Assembly: GCA_965261395.1 (NCBI GenBank)
Contig: OZ253462.1
Coordinates: 2,848,001-2,912,000, forward strand
Source: Candidatus Latescibacterota bacterium
GTDB taxonomy: Bacteria > Latescibacterota > UBA2968 > UBA8231
Direction: 5' to 3'
DNA length: 64,000 nt
Both the position numbers and the translations under genes were made by a program. The notes under the pieces are model-generated. The model saw only the letters and a list, made by a program, of their open reading frames with translations, ran no database searches and was not told the DNA's origin. Position 1 is the first letter of the stretch. Every line of letters begins with the position of its first letter. Shown here piece after piece: positions 1 through 8,592 of the stretch.

Positions 1-122
1 GCAAAGTTCTCCAAATCCTGTAAATAAAAATCAATGTCGGGAATACTCCTGAACAACGCGTGAAATCCCGGCACATCAAAGGCATGTTGTCCGGTTATCA
101 CCGCTGTTTTGATCTTGCTCAT
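1..122 (-). CDS. 5' part of a ThuA-like (trehalose utilisation / class I glutamine amidotransferase-like) protein, running off the window edge
   Basis: Manual translation from ATG at 122 gives MSKIKTAVITGQHAFDVPGFHALFRSIPDIDFYLQDLENF; GGAGG RBS at 128-132 on the minus strand. Confidence 0.55.
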   Translation of the reverse strand, partial: MSKIKTAVITGQHAFDVPGFHALFRSIPDIDFYLQDLENF

Positions 123-150
123 AATACCCTCCTAATTACAAATGAAATAG

Positions 151-293
151 TGATGTTACGCACCGACCTCTTAGGTATGGGATGCTTCGCTTACGCTCAG
201 CATGACAAGGAAAAAGTGCGCCAGCCTCTGTCATGCTGAGCGGAGCGGAGCGGAGTCGAAGCATCTCATACCTAGGTGCCGTGCGTAATGTCA
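151..293. repeat. Imperfect inverted repeat (REP/MITE-like palindromic element)
   Basis: 151-207 (TGATGTTACGCAC...TAGGTATGGGATGCTTCG...CGCTCAGCATGACA) is the reverse complement of 229-293 (TGTCATGCTGAGCG...CGAAGCATCTCATACCTA...GTGCGTAATGTCA); intergenic. Confidence 0.8.
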
Positions 294-367
294 GTGAAAT
301 AATCCGAGAACGAGGGGTAGGTGCGGGAATTGGGCGAGGCTTTGGCGGGCGTGGGGTGGTTCCGCGG

Positions 368-1555
368 TCAAATAACAGAAATGGCGCTCCGGGCCACCTC
401 GTCCCAGTCCGGTTCCACTGCGGGACGGTCGCTCCAAGCTATCGACATAGCGCCGTTCTCTACGACGACCGTACCCCGGCAGTCCAGTTCCTCCTCGGAA
501 GGACGCGGCTGCAGTCCCGAGGCTTCAAAGACGGGATCGTTGCCAATAGATAGGATGACCTGGGGATCGCCGCCGTGTACCTCCACACCGAAGCTTTCGG
601 CCAGTTGGGCCTGTTTGACCTGGCCCGTGATGCCGATGCCCCGCTGCCGGACGATATCGGCAGCCTGTAACGCCAAGTACGGCGCCGTATTGTAGGGCTG
701 GCCGCCGATGGCTCCGATCCATTCGAGGGTCAGCACCGGAAGATCGAGAGCGTCGCACAGCTTCTTCAAACCCATGATGTCGTAGTCCTGCAGCGGCTCT
801 TCGATCCACCTGTAATGGTACTTCTCCAGGATGCGGCCGATTTTCACGGCCTCCTCGAACGTGTACGACTCCACGGCATCGTGAAAGAGCAGGATATCGT
901 CGCCCAGCGTCTCCCGCAGCTTCACGGCCATCTCCCCATTGCCCTTCACCCCCCGGTACGAGTGATCCTTGCAGCCGATGAACCCCTCTTCTTCCACCAG
1001 TTTCACCGCGTGGGCCACCAAGTCGTCAATGGTCCGACCGCCGACATTGCAGTAGGCGGGGACGCTTTCGCGGCAGGCTCCGAGCAGCTTGTAGATCGGC
1101 AGGCGGGCAGATCGACTCGCCAAGTCCCACAACATCCGGTCAATGGTGTCGAGCAGCCCCCTTCCCGTGTACATGAACCGCTGGGCCATCCAGAAACGCT
1201 GCCAGATGTATTCCCGGTCGAAGGCATCCACGCCGATGAGCATGTGGGCATACCGGGCCAGAAACGCCTTGGCCTCCCATTCCAGGTCCCGGAGATTGAA
1301 ACCCGTGGCATAGTTGGCGTATGCATCCAAGTCTCCATCCGTCGCGAGCCGGATCATCAGGCGGTACGTTGGCTCGGGTTCTTCCCCGGAAAACGTAAAT
1401 CCATCTGGCGGGTCGGCACCGAATCCCTGGTCGTGGGTAAGCAGGCCGGAGATGCCCGGCGGCACGGGAGCGATGCTTCCTCTGGCTCCGCAACTCTCCT
1501 GCCGCGTCGCGGGTTCGCCCTGCAATAGGTAACACTTAATATCCCGAATCTGCAT
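368..1555 (-). CDS. Mandelate racemase/muconate lactonizing enzyme family (enolase superfamily)
   Basis: IDRMLWDL...PIYKLLG capping motif; metal ligands in FHDAVE, WIEEP and TLEW. Confidence 0.85.
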   Translation of the reverse strand: MQIRDIKCYLLQGEPATRQESCGARGSIAPVPPGISGLLTHDQGFGADPPDGFTFSGEEPEPTYRLMIRLATDGDLDAYANYATGFNLRDLEWEAKAFLARYAHMLIGVDAFDREYIWQRFWMAQRFMYTGRGLLDTIDRMLWDLASRSARLPIYKLLGACRESVPAYCNVGGRTIDDLVAHAVKLVEEEGFIGCKDHSYRGVKGNGEMAVKLRETLGDDILLFHDAVESYTFEEAVKIGRILEKYHYRWIEEPLQDYDIMGLKKLCDALDLPVLTLEWIGAIGGQPYNTAPYLALQAADIVRQRGIGITGQVKQAQLAESFGVEVHGGDPQVILSIGNDPVFEASGLQPRPSEEELDCRGTVVVENGAMSIAWSDRPAVEPDWDEVARSAISVI

Positions 1556-1573
1556 AGGGTATCCTAGTCAGCC

Positions 1574-2587
1574 TCAGATCTCAATCAGTTCCGTGGTGTG
1601 CTCGTTGACAGCGCCCATGTCGATCTCCATGCCCAATCCCGGTGCATCGGGAATCTCGATGTAACCATCGCATATCTGCAGCGGATTCTCGATGAACGGC
1701 GAAGAGGATCCGTTTTCAGCTATTTCCAGAAAGGGCGTATTCCGGATGGTGCCCGCGAGATGTAGATGGGCGAAACCGTCGCAGATCCCGAAACCGTCCA
1801 GATGGCAGTAGGCCCCGAAGGCTTCGGCACAGCGGGCGGCCTTGAGCACATCCGTCATGCCGCCGGCCCGCGCTACCCCGGTGCGAACGTGGTCGGCCGC
1901 CTGAGCCGCCATGACTTGGGCCGCTTCCATGGGGCTGGACACACCCATGCTTATCGGGGTATCGAGCGCGGCAGCTACCTGCCTGCCTCCGGAAAAGTCG
2001 TTGTCGGGCCGCGGCCGGTCAAAACAAAAAAAGTCTGCATCGTCGAGCGCCCTGCCGATCCGTATCGCCTTATCAATGATCCACCGCGTCCGGCCGTCGA
2101 ACAACAGGCAGAAATCCGCTCCGACAGCCCTGCGCACGTCGTGGATCAGGTTGACGAGCGCTTCTTCGTCCAAAAGAGCGTCGATTTTGTACGCCCGGAA
2201 ACCTGCACGCCGCGCTTCCTGCGCTTCCTCGACGATCTCTTCCGCCGAGTTTCGCTCTGCACCCCTCCTGCAAACCGGAATGCGGTTGCGAAAGCCATTG
2301 ACATGCCGATGAATCGGCTGGCCAGCGGCCTTGGCCGTGAGGTCCCACAATGCGACGTCAATACAGGCGCGAAGATCGACAGGCACGCTCCCGTCCACTT
2401 CGTTGAAAGCCAGCCATATCCGTTCGCGATCGACGGGATTCGCATTGATGAGGACGGAGGCCGCCTCGGCCATGTCGGCCCCGGCGACCGTGGCCGCCAC
2501 ACCAGTACAGCGACCTTCTAGGCCCGCGTCGGTCAGGATGCGCAACAGACCGGCGGGCTGGTGTACGACTATTCGAGATATAATCAT
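1574..2587 (-). CDS. Enolase-superfamily protein with degenerate metal ligands
   Basis: IDVALWDLTAKAAGQPI and PDAPGLG motifs present; FDRP in place of EEP and no third Glu ligand. Confidence 0.8.
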   Translation of the reverse strand: MIISRIVVHQPAGLLRILTDAGLEGRCTGVAATVAGADMAEAASVLINANPVDRERIWLAFNEVDGSVPVDLRACIDVALWDLTAKAAGQPIHRHVNGFRNRIPVCRRGAERNSAEEIVEEAQEARRAGFRAYKIDALLDEEALVNLIHDVRRAVGADFCLLFDGRTRWIIDKAIRIGRALDDADFFCFDRPRPDNDFSGGRQVAAALDTPISMGVSSPMEAAQVMAAQAADHVRTGVARAGGMTDVLKAARCAEAFGAYCHLDGFGICDGFAHLHLAGTIRNTPFLEIAENGSSSPFIENPLQICDGYIEIPDAPGLGMEIDMGAVNEHTTELIEI

Positions 2588-2791
2588 GGGCTTTTCAATA
2601 ATGTTATCCGATATGTGTGCAGTGCAGTATAGATCGGCAGATGTGCGACGTCAACGATCTATGTTCGAGTTTCCGGTCTCGCCATGGAGCCAACGAAGGC
2701 CACCCGGCCAGCCTTGGTCGGCCATACGAACAGAAAGTTCTCAACACAGGATAATTCTCCGTGGTTCCGAACCTGTTGCTCGCTCTTTGCC

Positions 2792-3058
2792 TCATTTCAA
2801 CAAATGGGCCGCGACCATATTCTCGAAGCGAGGCCCCTCCTCCGCCACCTCGGACCAGTCCCACAGGTAGTACTTGGCCTCTTTTTTGAGGGCCCGTTCC
2901 AAACGTCGGTGATAGGGGGGCACGCGGAACAGATAGTAGTTGCGGGCCAGTAACTCGATCCAGCTCTTGACAGTTTTGGGGCTGGCTTCGACATCTTCGG
3001 CTAGGTTGCTGATCGACAGGGGCGAGCTAACTCGTCCGGGAATTAGGCTGCCTAGCAG
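2792..3058 (-). pseudogene. Internal fragment of an AAA_14/DUF4143 ATP-binding protein
   Basis: Manual translation LLGSLIPGRVSSPLSISNLAEDVEASPKTVKSWIELLARNYYLFRVPPYHRRLERALKKEAKYYLWDWSEV...RFENMVAAHLLK*; no start codon, ends at TGA. Confidence 0.7.
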
Positions 3059-3170
3059 CTATCGATGAACCCGAACTCCCAAATTATCAATACAAAAATG
3101 GAGTCGGCTCCCAAATTATCGGGTAGGTTAGCGGGCGAGACAATTCCACCCCAACCAATCGGCGCTGCAA

Positions 3171-5141
3171 TCAGTTGAGAAAGGTGCCTATTACATTGCC
3201 GTGCATGCCGGTGTACAGGTCGATGATCAGCCAGCAGCCGGCCGGGACGATTTCTCCCACAATCAGGCCGAGGAAAAAGGGCACGGCTCTACGGTAGAGG
3301 TTGGGGCCGCCGTACTTGAGCATGACGCTTTTGAGGATAAAGGCGGCAAATACGCTGAACCACATGGAGCCAAAGGCCGAGCTGATGGGGAAGCCGAGGG
3401 GGTGGAAGGGCCACCAGAGGAATTTGTAGTGCAGCAGTTCTAGGATCGCCATGATGCCGGCGCCCACCCCCACCTGGATCCAGCCATCGATGTGGGGTCC
3501 CAGTGGGGCGGATACCACTATGTCCATGTAGCGGTAGGGGTACCAGGCAGAGTTAGCAGCGTAGAACTGGTTGAGATTGATGGCTCCGTGCGCATAGGCG
3601 GTCTCTAGGCGGATCCACATGGAAATGGCCAGTGTGATCAGGACCGTGCCCATAATGGCCCAGAACAAGCGCCTTTTGTGGCGGCCGATCTGCTCGGCCA
3701 GTTTGAGGCCGTTGGCGCAAGCGCTCATCAGCAGGATGAGCACGTCCGTGGCCCAGACATAGGTGGTGGCCAAAGCGGCCCCGCCGCGGGGCCCCAGCAG
3801 CGCGGTGCCGACCCCGGCCGAGACAAAGTCGGGCCCGGTGATGGGCGGGAACATGACCACGACCCCGCCCTCGGCCACCACCCGGGTGATGGTCAGAAAG
3901 AGGACGAAACAGGCACCCAGCAGGATGGGCACTAACCACAGGGGCAGACCGGCTTGCCACAGCCAGACAGTCATGACGCCCAGACCCAACAGACCGCCCA
4001 AGACGGCTTGGCGGTACGACATTATCTCGTCGGCGTCGTCGACCTCCTCGGCCCCGGTAAAGGCCTTGCGCCAGACCGCGCGCAAATGGTCGCGGGCGTT
4101 CCACAGGCCGATCAGCACCAGGACGATCATGCCGCCCATGGCCTGGTACATGACGATAGGGTGGGCGTAGTGGCCGAAAGCCCCCACCGGTCCCGGGTCG
4201 ATTTTGATGCCGAGCAGGCGAAAAAGGCCCTGTTCGACCACGTTGATGAGGTAGAAGAAACAGAGACCAGCGGCAATGTTGCGGCTGATGAGAAAGGAAA
4301 AGCCCAGTAGGGTAAAGCTGAGGGTGAAGCCCAGGCCAATGGAGCCGCGAAACAAGGTCATGGAGCCAAAGCTGGTGCTGATTGAGGGAATGTAGTGGAA
4401 GTAATTGTGCAGGGCGTTGATATTGCCGATGAGGAAGGGTAGGAGGAAGCCTAGCCACATGACGCGGTTTTTAAAGAAGGGGGGGATCGGCGAAGACTCC
4501 TCTGCATCGCTGCGCGCCTCCTCGATCATGTGCAGGGGCAGTTGCATGGTGGGATAGACCAAGCGCTCGCGCTCGACCCACTGGCGGCGCAGCACGACCG
4601 AGACGCAGACCATGACCAGGTACAGGGCCAGGCCAAAGAGGAGCCAGTAGAGCAGCGGAGCGGCCCAGGCGTCCCAAGGCACGCCGGCCTGGGTTTGGTC
4701 GGCTCCTTCGTAGTACTGGCGCACCACCCGCTCGTCCTGCACAGTGGCCCAGTCGGGCAGAAAGGGCAATAGTCGCTCGGCCCAGTCGTTTTCGGGCGTG
4801 GCATAGTACTGCGCCCCGGTGGCAATGGGCATGACGTACGCGGTAAAGCCCCGGGCGGGCAGGGTATTGGCGATGAGCAGCAGGATGTACACGACGGCCA
4901 ATTCGCTCTTGTCCAGGGCCAGGCCGCGGCGTACCAGGCGCAGGGCGACATTGACCAGACCGACCAGCACGACAAAGAGGAAAATGGCCCCGGGGCTGGT
5001 GTTCCACACCCCCATCTGCGAGCCCTTGATGATCATGTCGCCGTAGGGGATGGCCACGGCCATAAAAGCTGCCAGGGCTAGGCCCACGGCTATGGCCCGG
5101 AAGCTGCAGCCGCGGTAGGGGTAGGGCGGTTTATCGTCCAA
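3171..5141 (-). CDS. Polytopic membrane protein, DUF6785/DUF6784 family (putative peptide transporter)
   Basis: Many TM segments; LRRQWVERERLVYP, WWPFHPLGF and PFFLGLIVGE motifs. Confidence 0.75.
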   Translation of the reverse strand: MDDKPPYPYRGCSFRAIAVGLALAAFMAVAIPYGDMIIKGSQMGVWNTSPGAIFLFVVLVGLVNVALRLVRRGLALDKSELAVVYILLLIANTLPARGFTAYVMPIATGAQYYATPENDWAERLLPFLPDWATVQDERVVRQYYEGADQTQAGVPWDAWAAPLLYWLLFGLALYLVMVCVSVVLRRQWVERERLVYPTMQLPLHMIEEARSDAEESSPIPPFFKNRVMWLGFLLPFLIGNINALHNYFHYIPSISTSFGSMTLFRGSIGLGFTLSFTLLGFSFLISRNIAAGLCFFYLINVVEQGLFRLLGIKIDPGPVGAFGHYAHPIVMYQAMGGMIVLVLIGLWNARDHLRAVWRKAFTGAEEVDDADEIMSYRQAVLGGLLGLGVMTVWLWQAGLPLWLVPILLGACFVLFLTITRVVAEGGVVVMFPPITGPDFVSAGVGTALLGPRGGAALATTYVWATDVLILLMSACANGLKLAEQIGRHKRRLFWAIMGTVLITLAISMWIRLETAYAHGAINLNQFYAANSAWYPYRYMDIVVSAPLGPHIDGWIQVGVGAGIMAILELLHYKFLWWPFHPLGFPISSAFGSMWFSVFAAFILKSVMLKYGGPNLYRRAVPFFLGLIVGEIVPAGCWLIIDLYTGMHGNVIGTFLN

Positions 5142-5187
5142 GTCTATATTTTCTCAAAGACCAAAATCATAGTGGAGCATTAAAAAA

Positions 5188-7044
5188 TCACCTAGCGCCG
5201 CGCAGCAGGAACACGCGGTCGCTGTTGAAGTAGTCGCCGACCCGCTCGTCGCGGTAAGCACCACCGGCGATCAGCAGGCGGCCGTTGACAGAAGCCGCTG
5301 CGCCCCAGCTAACCGGCAGGGGTATGTCGGGGCCCTGACGCCACTGGCCGGTAGCCGGTGTGTAGGCAAAGGTCGCCGTCTGGCCGCTTTTGGCTCCCCG
5401 TCCTCCCATGACCCAGATGCTGCCGTTGAAGACCGTGCATAGAGGAGCGCTGGGAGGCCGCGACGGGTGCTCGATCTGGCTCCAGCTATCCTGCTCGGGG
5501 TCATAGACGAACAGACCTGGGCACTGGGAAGAGGGGCCTGCGGCAATGTAAAGCCTGCCGTCCAAAACGCAGCCGCTGGCCTGCAACACTGGGCCGGGTG
5601 CGGGGGCGTCAACCCGCCAACTCGTCTCCCCAGCTCCGATGCTCAGGACCTCTGCCGTCGGGCCTTGGTCGTCGGCACCACCCACGGCGTACAACCGGCC
5701 ATTGACGGTGAGGGCTACCACTTGGCCTGCTTTGCGCGGTAACGGTGGGCCGCGGCGATATCGCCGCGTGTGGGGATCGAAGATTTCGACGGTCGTCGTC
5801 GCCCGCGTCCCTCTGCCCGCGCGGAAGAGGCCCCCCAAGAGCCAGAGCTCGTCGTCGAGAGCGGCGATGCCGGAATAAGCCTTGCCCGGTTCGAGCATAG
5901 GCGGCTCCACGCGCCAAGTGCCCGTGGGGATGTGGTAGGACCACACGTGGTCGAGGTTCACCCACTCCGACGCCGGCCAGCCGAAGAAGGTTTTGCCCCC
6001 GGCGGTATATAGGCGGTCCCCGATGCGGGCAAAGATGTGGTCGTGGTTGCCCGCTGGCATCCTCGGTTGCTCGTCCCAGTGCTCGTGCCAGGGCATCTCG
6101 ATAGCGTCGAGGCTCTGGACTCGCCCCGCGCTCAACACCAAGAGGCTGCCGGAGCGGGCATGCAACAGCGCCTGCACCGGACCATCCTCGCCCGCCTGGA
6201 TCTCCCGCCAAGTCGGCGGGCCATCGGCATCCACAGTCAACTCGCGCAAGCTGCCATCGGCGAAGCCAACGATGATCTGACCGCCACCGCGCGCGATCGC
6301 AGTGATGCGGGCATCGACGGGGTTGGCAAAGGAGCGAGGATCAGACGAGCGGGGATCGACGCGCAGGACGGAGGCTTCCAAGGCCACCCAGACGAAGCCG
6401 GCGTCGTCGGTGGCAGCACCCTGCCAAGAGCCAGCGAGTTGATTGGCGGGCAGGTCGAGGCGCTGCCAGCCGTGGGGACTTTGGTCGGTCAGGACGGCTA
6501 TATCCCGCCGTTGGCCGTCCTCGGCGACGGCCCACACGTTGCCGAAGGGGTCGTCACACATCGGCGTGATCTCCCATCCGGGTGGGGAGAAAGGCGCGGC
6601 CTCGAACATGGCGTCGCCTCGACGCATGGCACCGCACCCAGCGCACCAGACATCGCCCCAGCGCGTCGCCAGCAACGGGCCCGGCGACCCTTGGAGAAGG
6701 AATGAGGGCGTTCGGGAAACCGGCTCGCCTCCCTGACGCGGGTAGCGCTGGACCTCGTCATCGAGGGCCATCCACGCCTCCCCATCAGGGGCAATCTGTA
6801 GGCCCTGGACGCCCCCCTCGCCGACGACTTCCCAGGTGCCGGCGTCGTCAGGGGTGCTGCGGGCGACGATTCCCCCGGAGCTATAGACGGCAACATAGAT
6901 TCGTCCGTCGCGGTCTTCGAGGAGCAGGCCCGGCCCGGCGGGCAGGCCCTCGTGCAAGATGTCGGCCGCGGCAAGTCCAGCGGAAATGACCATGAGGCAA
7001 CCTATTCGATAGAGGGATCGGAGTGGGATGAAATCAAGTAGCAT
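5188..7044 (-). CDS. Secreted beta-propeller protein with C-terminal Kelch repeats
   Basis: Signal-like N-terminus; repeated LYxxGG...YDP..W Kelch units; N-half has DPFGNVW and DDAGFVW propeller blades. Confidence 0.75.
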   Translation of the reverse strand: MLLDFIPLRSLYRIGCLMVISAGLAAADILHEGLPAGPGLLLEDRDGRIYVAVYSSGGIVARSTPDDAGTWEVVGEGGVQGLQIAPDGEAWMALDDEVQRYPRQGGEPVSRTPSFLLQGSPGPLLATRWGDVWCAGCGAMRRGDAMFEAAPFSPPGWEITPMCDDPFGNVWAVAEDGQRRDIAVLTDQSPHGWQRLDLPANQLAGSWQGAATDDAGFVWVALEASVLRVDPRSSDPRSFANPVDARITAIARGGGQIIVGFADGSLRELTVDADGPPTWREIQAGEDGPVQALLHARSGSLLVLSAGRVQSLDAIEMPWHEHWDEQPRMPAGNHDHIFARIGDRLYTAGGKTFFGWPASEWVNLDHVWSYHIPTGTWRVEPPMLEPGKAYSGIAALDDELWLLGGLFRAGRGTRATTTVEIFDPHTRRYRRGPPLPRKAGQVVALTVNGRLYAVGGADDQGPTAEVLSIGAGETSWRVDAPAPGPVLQASGCVLDGRLYIAAGPSSQCPGLFVYDPEQDSWSQIEHPSRPPSAPLCTVFNGSIWVMGGRGAKSGQTATFAYTPATGQWRQGPDIPLPVSWGAAASVNGRLLIAGGAYRDERVGDYFNSDRVFLLRGAR

Positions 7045-7316
7045 TGTGGCCAGCTTTCTTCGTTAGCATGGTACCTTCTGTTGTTCAAGAGCGTCTAGAA
7101 GGAAGGTTTTAGTACTCAGGAGTTGCAATAATAGATACCTGCCCAGAAGCGGTCAATCTCGATGATCGCGGCTGTTGTGAAGCACCTCCTATAATTGCAT
7201 AAGAGGCGCTTTTTCGTTCTATTGACCTAGGGGTTCCATTCGACGTTCGGCTCTATGACTTCGCACTGATACCAGAGGCCGAAACAGTCGGTCTATCTTC
7301 TCATGGCAAGGCCATT

Positions 7317-8504
7317 ATGACTAGTACCCTAACCAATCAACAGATCGCCGATTACCGCGAAAACGGCTACCTCATCATCCGCGACGTCGTCTCCTCTCGG
7401 GAGACCTCCGAACTGAGGAGCATCGTCCAGCGGATGGCCCGTGCAGGAGCGTACCCGTCCTCTCTGCAGTACCCAACACCCGGCAAGTACACCATCAGCG
7501 GCAACCGGATCGCCGAACCCGGATTGTCTCCCATTGCCGAGCATCCTATGGTCGTCGATGCAGTCGAAGCCATACTTGGACAACCCGCTCATCTGACCGC
7601 GTACGTCGCCTATATGCGCTCCCCGGGCGACAAAGGCGGCGGCGCTCACTGCGACTACAAGCGATGGCGCCCTGTGGGATCCTCAATGCGTTGGCTCTTT
7701 GCCATCATTCCGCTAAACGACTTCAACCGAGCATACGGCCCGCTGCTGGTCTCGCCCGCATCGCACAAACTCGCGCAAGTCATCGACCCAGATGCGCACA
7801 TCTTGGATTTCGCGCGCCCCGACATCGAACAACTGCCCGACTTCATCGACCCCGAGCTAAAAGCCGGCGATCTGCTGCTGATGGATGCGCATACTTGGCA
7901 CAAGGCACCCGAAGGGACCACTTCCGATGACCGCGTCGGGATATTCAACAAGTACTGCGCTGTCAACGCTCCGCCCGCTGCGGGCTACTATCCATACGAC
8001 CGCACCGCCTACGATGCATTGAGCGACGCTGGCAAGCGGCTTATACCCATCCACTTTGACCAACCGCTCACAGACACCCGACTGCTCATCGAGTCAACAT
8101 CTGGTGCAGAATCTCGGTATCTCCTCACCAGCACGGACGGGAATGGGAGCTGGGAACTGCCCGGTGGCAAAGGTTGGGAGGAAGAAAAGGTCGGCTGGGA
8201 CATCGGCGCTCGGGTCGGCTCCTTGCAGTCGCTAGTCAAGAGTCAGTTGAACGTCGAGATCCCTTGGGCATCCTACATCGAGGATGTCGTAACCGATGGC
8301 GGAGTTTCGCGGCTCTACGGGTATGCGGACGCCGAAGTGGATCGTGGATCACTCGGCGCTGGAAACTGGTTCACCAAGGACCAGCTCCTGAACATGCTCG
8401 GCGAGTCGCACGCCATCTGCCACGCGGTATCGACCTGGCACAGAGAGGACCTGATTCGGGGCAAGGGCAAGGCGGTCAGTCAGAGCCGACAACAGTTCGA
8501 ATAG
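7317..8504 (+). CDS. PhyH-family Fe(II)/2OG dioxygenase fused to a C-terminal Nudix-like domain
   Basis: YRENGYL, HCD, SPASHK and TWH motifs; C-terminal YLL...WELPGG. Confidence 0.75.
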   Translation: MTSTLTNQQIADYRENGYLIIRDVVSSRETSELRSIVQRMARAGAYPSSLQYPTPGKYTISGNRIAEPGLSPIAEHPMVVDAVEAILGQPAHLTAYVAYMRSPGDKGGGAHCDYKRWRPVGSSMRWLFAIIPLNDFNRAYGPLLVSPASHKLAQVIDPDAHILDFARPDIEQLPDFIDPELKAGDLLLMDAHTWHKAPEGTTSDDRVGIFNKYCAVNAPPAAGYYPYDRTAYDALSDAGKRLIPIHFDQPLTDTRLLIESTSGAESRYLLTSTDGNGSWELPGGKGWEEEKVGWDIGARVGSLQSLVKSQLNVEIPWASYIEDVVTDGGVSRLYGYADAEVDRGSLGAGNWFTKDQLLNMLGESHAICHAVSTWHREDLIRGKGKAVSQSRQQFE

Positions 8505-8592
8505 GTCGGTCCGACCAGCCACAGAGACACCTCGATAGACCGCCCGCGGCCGGATGCGCATCCAGTCGCGGGCGGCCCTTCCAGCACTGATT

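Noticed and set aside
3076-3120. Mini CRISPR array
   Set aside because: Only two 13-bp units with 19-nt spacing, and no cas genes.
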